Below are positions 58,083-64,000 of a stretch of DNA of 64,000 nt, one piece after another. Numbering within the stretch: position 1 is the first letter of the stretch; each line of letters starts with the position of its first letter. The notes under the pieces are model-generated. The model ran no database searches. It worked only from the letters and a program-made list of their open reading frames with translations, and was not told where the DNA came from. The translations under genes and the position numbers were made by a program. Where the stretch lies: NCBI GenBank assembly GCA_051294375.1, contig CM119266.1, positions 12,634,592 to 12,698,591 of the forward strand, written 5' to 3'. The stretch is from Paraspadella gotoi (lineage: Eukaryota > Animalia > Chaetognatha).

Positions 58083-58234
58083 CTTCAAAGAAAAAATGAT
58101 GGGAATAGTTTAATTAAGAGCTAATGATATTAATTATATAGGATGTACATAAACACTGTTTTGCAGTTTGACTGAAGTTTTTAGGATTGCAACCCTATTC
58201 CCAGAGCGATGCTTATAAATTACGTAGATAAGTG

Positions 58235-58312
<78 letters not shown>

Positions 58313-58974
58313 AGAGAGAGTGAAATGAACTCAATGATGCAAACTAAACACAACAAGCTTTCGATAAACCTTCTTCCTCCTTACAGTGAAACGTTGCCAC
58401 AGTAAAAACAGTAAGCGGATTACAAATTTGCATTCAGAATTAACGCTTCGTTTCTTCCAGTTTACACTGACGTAAAAGTTAGATTTTCGCCCGATATATT
58501 TATTCAACGAGAGCTTTTTGTAGTATCTCGAGGGTAATACACGTCAAATTTATTACATTGTTAGCTTAATTAAATAACATTTTTTTAATTGAGTAAAATA
58601 TTCTCTCTCTCTTAATTTTTTGATCTATTACCAATTTTANNNNNNNNNNNNNNNNNNNNNNNNNAAAAGAGAGAGATAACAAATTTTGCAAAGCGAAGAA
58701 GGAAAGACGAGCAGGAAAGAACGAAGAAAATAACAAAGAAAGAAGAAATAAAGAAATACTAAAGAAAAGAAGAAAGAAAGGTAGAAAGAGAAAAAGAAGA
58801 AGATAAAGAAAGAAAAAAAAGATAAAAAAAGTCAAAGTCAAGAAAGGAAAAAAACCTAGCTACAAAAAAAGGACATAAAGACAGACAGACAGACTACGAC
58901 CGCAGCTTTTTTTTTTTTGCGGCCGCCAATGCATACCTTTTTTCTCCCGCGGCACACACAAACGGCTCCTCTAC

Positions 58975-60328
58975 CTCTGGATATTTGATTGTCGCTGATT
59001 CACGGCGGCGGAGGCAGCAGCGGCTGCGGCGGCGGCGGCCGTGGCGGCGCTCATCGTCGCCCCTTCGTAGTTGGCCCGGATGCCGTGGGGAGGAAGTGGT
59101 GGAAGGGGACGTGGTGAGGGTGGTGGTTGAGGTGGTTTAGGTGGTGGGGAAGACCCACCAGACCGCGCGCCGCCCGTCGGGTGGTTGAGATTATAAAATT
59201 TTTGAAATGAAGCAGCTGCTGTTGTTGTTGTTGAAACTGTTGTTGTTGTTGCTGCTGCTGCTGTTGCTGATGAGATGTTGTTGTTGTTGCCTGTTCCTCC
59301 TGTGTTGTTGTTGAATCTGACGATTGGAGTCGAAGTCGAAGTAATCCAACTTGAGGTGATGTTGAGGTTGAATGTAAGTTGCTCTCGGAGTTGGAGTTGT
59401 TGATGTTGTTGTTTTCTTAGCGTTGTCCAAGTTGTAGTTGTAGGCGTCGAACTGAAGCAGGGAGCTTCTCACCCCGCCTGGCGGTTGAAAAAAAAAGTCA
59501 GCGGTCATAATTAGTCGATAATGCGTATAGTAGTCTAACTTCTAAGACGGCATTAGCAACGAGCATGCATACTACGCTATTTATAAGTGCTTGGAAGAGA
59601 GAAGTGACAATTTAAAAATTTTGTTAATCACACATCAATTTAAAATGTAAATGAACTCTCGGATAAAACTTATTCGACCATCGTAAAAGACATGAGAGAA
59701 ACGACATTTAAATTAAGAAATTGAGCTTCATGTTCATGAATAATTGGAGAAGGCTTTCGTATATTTGTTATGCTCTTTTCTGAATATGGACAAAATAAAA
59801 CACCTTTTATATCTGAGTTGTACGCAACTGTAAACAAACGAACTCACGTGGTTGTAAAAAAAAAGTTTTAAATATTATGACTTAAAGCAAATTATTCAAT
59901 TCTCACAAGTCAACTTCCTTTCACACCGACGCCTCCTTCTCCTTTCCCATCTCTCATCTTTCTTCATCCATCGTGTTTTTTCTCGTAAATTTTTTACAGT
60001 CAAACCGGCTTAACAAAACACCGTTGTGTTTTGTGGGAGAAAAAAAAAATAAACGCGAATACAAAAAAAAAATATATGAAACTTGGTCAATTTTTTTTCA
60101 AACGATTTATTTAAATAAGTGGCATGTGAAATCGATTAGCGTTTCTCGCACGCCGGTATTGCGTGTGCAGGACTGCGCGAAATGAGAAAGGTGACTCTAT
60201 TTATCGCGCGCACATATATCCGTTGGCAGGCGTCGCTATCGAAATATCATCGGCCACAACGGATAATTTAATTTTCATTCGTTGTCAAATTTGTTCATGG
60301 TTTTTTTTTATTTGTTTGTTTTTTGGAG

Positions 60329-60389
<61 letters not shown>

Positions 60390-61110
60390 TCTCGTCCTCT
60401 TCTCTCTCTCATCTCTCTCTCTACATTCATTCTGTATTCCCCAAGAGTCAAGAGACTTGTAAAGTGGGGAACAGATTAAAAAACATTAAACAACAAACTT
60501 GTTTTATGTTTCGTTTTATACTGTATAGAATGATAACAGGACAGGACGCAACCAAAAACCTACTCGATAACCACAACAACAACTACATCCAACAGTCCTC
60601 ACCCGTCGGCAGCGTGTAGGACTGCAGCGGATGAAAGCTCTGCGCTACAGCGGGCCTGCGGATGATGATGATGATGTCTCAGCGCCGGATGAGCGCGTGA
60701 CGGCGCGGATGGACGCGCGCCGCCTGAAGCGTCTTAGCGCCGCCGGTGGGTCCTTGTAGACGGGGAAGCGACGGCGCCGGGTCCTAGGAGGGGCGCGGCC
60801 GCGGCCAAAAGGCGGCCGGCGGCGCCGAGAAAAGCGTAGGCGGCTTCGAATCCTGCGGCGTCGGAAAGGTAAGGCGCCTGAGGAGGAGGCGCGCCGTCTA
60901 CCGGCGCGCGGCGGGGTAATGAAGGGCGGGTAAGTGTGGCGGGTGGAGAGGGTGAGTCGGTGGCGGGTGGAAGGTGGCGCCGTTGGAGGCGAATCGGGCG
61001 GTCGGTTTACGCGAAGCGAGGGCGCCGTAGGGAGAAGCGGCGTCGTCGTCGATGGAGACGTCGTGGCGCGACGCCAAGATTCGCGGGAAGAGAGCTGAAT
61101 TGTCGGACAT
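58975..61110 (-). pseudogene. Frameshifted copy of exons 1-2 of the - strand gene
   Basis: ORFs 60898-61110 and 59191-59508 begin like 52183-52701 and 50512-51162, then shift frame; lies within the duplicated block 58665-63940. Confidence 0.55.
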
Positions 61111-61356
61111 CGTTGACGCGAAAAAATGTTTATATCTTTTTCTATACCATTTATATATTTATTGTTTCATGTTTTAGTAAACACGCAATTTATTTTCCTT
61201 TTCGATTGATAAAAACATAAAAAAGAGAAATAAAAACGAATTTTGTCAAAATTTCTGATTCTTGCGACAAAACTTAACTTTAATCTTTATCAGGAATCGA
61301 TCAGCTGGCATAGACATTTTTGGCTCTCCTCTCTCTCTCTCCTCTCTTCTCTCTCT

Positions 61357-61396
<40 letters not shown>

Positions 61397-61407
61397 CTCT
61401 CTCTCCG

Positions 61408-61438
<31 letters not shown>

Positions 61439-61770
61439 TTCGCGGTTCAAAGTACGGTGACTCGAGAGAGCATCCCCTTGTTGTTAGTCTAGCTTAATTA
61501 AATAACATTTTTTTAATTGAGTAAAATATTCTCTCTCTCTTAATTTTTTGATCTATTACCAATTTTATCTTTTTTGTTTGAAAAGTTATTTTCAAGATCT
61601 TGAAGTGTATTTTGAACAGTCGTAAATTTAACTGTACTTTACTTAAAAGGCTGTATAGGCCGTATTAGGCCGTGCCCAAGGCCGTATCTGTTTTAATACA
61701 TTCAAATAACATATCTCTTCTCTCTCTCTCTCTCTCATCTCTCATCTCTCTCTCTCTCTCTCTACTCTCT

Positions 61771-61810
<40 letters not shown>

Positions 61811-62355
61811 GGGTTCAAACATGTCAACTTCACCTTCGCCTTCACAGTTTGAACTTTAATCGAAACGAAGAAACAGCTTCGTCATCAGTTCGAAGTGACG
61901 TCTACCATTATACAACATTATCAAGAGTACATTTGTTCAAATGTTTAGAGTAGAATGGGAGAGAATGGAATAGAATCAAATATAGTTAGGGAAGCGGAGT
62001 ACTCTGTATTTAGTATTGTTCATTAAGGCGTAGTGAAAGTTACATACGAAAATTCCTAAAAGTCAATTAATGAACAACATACCCATCAGTGAACATAATT
62101 GTAAAAAAAAATAATTTTATGTTTTTTTAATTTTCGCAGTAGGCTATATTTATATATAGTACTATCCTTATAAAATCGAAAAAAATTTCAAAATAGGCTT
62201 TTCTTAATTTTGATTGCATATAAGTGGGTTAAAAATTAAAAAAAAACTATATTTAATATATAAAAAGTTAATTTTCAGTTTAAAATATAGTTTTTTTTAA
62301 TTTTTGACCCACTTAATGAAGGGATTTTTTAAAAAGATGTTTTCATGTATAAAAA

Positions 62356-62399
62356 AGCGCTGATGAAGGCTCGAATTTATGAGCCGAAACATGTCTGCT
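62356..62399 (+). ncRNA. Minimal type-I hammerhead ribozyme motif (duplicate-block copy)
   Basis: AGCG-CTGATGA-A-GGCTC(gaatttat)GAGCC-GAA-ACATGT-C-TGCT: palindromic stem III ACATGT, stem I AGCG/UGCU. Confidence 0.8.
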
Positions 62400-64000
62400 A
62401 AGAAGTAAGATACAAAAATAATATCGTTGGTACAAATTAATTCAAACCTTTGTTAAAAAGATGTTATATTTCTCTTTTATCAAACTTTTTATGACGAATC
62501 CAAATCTGCCCAAAAAAATATTTAGAAAAAAACTGTTTTGAAATTTTAACATTTTTGGTGTTAGTACTAGTATAAATATGGCCTTCTGCGTAAATTGTAA
62601 ATTTATTATAAATTTTTTTATTACATAAATGTTCATAAGTATAATGTTGTTCGTTCTTCACTTTTAGAATTTTGATTAAAGTTAAACTTAGGAATTTTAC
62701 AAGGCCTTATTGTTCATAGCCTCAGCACTAGAAATTCCCTGACTCCAGAACGCCCATGTTGATAACGGAATGTGTGATGTAGTGGTTAGCGGTTAAAAAC
62801 CTTCAGTAACAGGAATAGAATCAAATATAGTTAGGGAAGCCAAGTACTCTGGGAGTGAATAAACGAGACTGTGAGAGAGTCTTGATTGAAAGCTTGCAGG
62901 CACCTGCTATGTCGTTATCTTGTAAGAGTGATGGAGGCCTTAAACCACCAAAGCCTGTCCAAAGTCAGGGGCAAGATAGCTTATTTATTAAATGAATGGA
63001 TAATTTTTATATTGATTGTACCAATTTTATAGAATAGAATAGAATAGAATAGAGTTTAACTTTAACTTTAACTATCGATTGCATTAACCCGATCACTCAA
63101 TTCAATTGAATGAACGACATAAAATTGACATATTCGCCGATCGATAAAGGCAGCCACGCCCACCCAGCCTCACCCCCCCCTTCCGCCACTCTCACCCTCT
63201 GATCTCCTTGACGTCGAACTCGGAATCGATCGTCGACGCCCTCAATTTGGGCTCCGATCGAAAGTTGAGGTCGGCGAGCAGCGCTCCGCGCGCCCGCTCC
63301 GCGCCCAACGCCTCGTCCGCGCTCTTCCTGCCGCTCAGGAGGGGATCGCGCGGCGGCGGAGCGGCGAAGGGCGGGTGCTGCAGCGGCGACGGGTGGAGGA
63401 CGGAGCGGGGGAGATGCTGCTGTTGCTGCTGCTGCGGTTGAATTTGCTGCAGGGGATGTTGCGGAAGTTGGCGAGGGGTCGTCGGTGGATAGCGCGAGAG
63501 GGTGGAGTAGGCGGAGGCGCGATTGGCCGAGAGGTTCGTCAGAAGGGATGTGATGTTCTTGGAGTGTTTGGAACGGTGTTTGCTGGAAAGGAAGCGGTTG
63601 GGGAGGAGTGGAAAAAGGAGTGTTAGATTTAAAAAAGGTTAGTAATAGAGGGTTTATATACCGTGATAAACTTGTTAAATTGTCAGCATTACTTAATATA
63701 GTATTATCAAAATTTAATCGCAAAGTGAAGGTAATGTGAAAGGTAAGGAGGTCGTCGTCTTCAAATGAACCTCGCCACATCGTTTGCTTGATGGAGAAAC
63801 GCAGCAAGTTGAGACATCCTTTTCTCCCGGAAAAAAAATGTAAATGAACGATTCACCATTTTACGCTAAAGAATTGGGGAGTGGAAACTGAGGATAAAGC
63901 GCTAAGTTGGCTCAGGACTACTATCAATAAGTTCTTTGGCCTCTCCGGCAGCGATGGAACGGGTCTTGGTCTTGTAACCAGGCTTGAGGGTTTTCCATGG

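Larger units (their letters stand above)
58665..63940 (+). repeat. Direct re-copy of about 50329-55510
   Basis: Colinear; starts at a 25-N gap and diverges after gttctttggc (63940 versus 55510). Confidence 0.9.

Overview
Eukaryotic, animal-like genomic DNA: CpG-rich GC-rich exons, AT-rich GT-AG introns and very dense (AG)n microsatellites. It comes from a gap-filled draft assembly with seven gaps of exactly 25 N. Only about 28 kb is unique; the rest is near-identical re-copies of 1.6-14.9 kb and 50.3-55.5 kb, differing mostly by 1-nt indels, which fits long-read gap-filling artefact or haplotype duplication. Supported genes: (i) the last six exons of a + strand gene (307-4003) with consistent splice phases and a low-complexity C-terminus; (ii) a - strand multi-exon gene (52701 to 43581) encoding a polyQ/polyH/polyA protein whose C-terminus is unresolved; (iii) further - strand low-complexity exons at 58082 to 54785. 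No protein family was recognised. The strongest non-coding signal is a minimal type-I hammerhead ribozyme (53998-54040, re-copied at 62356-62399). It is preceded by a long AT-rich hairpin and a degraded GIY-YIG-like peptide, which suggests the 3' end of a Penelope-like retroelement or a retrozyme-like element. No prokaryotic systems, CRISPR arrays, rRNA or tRNA genes were seen.
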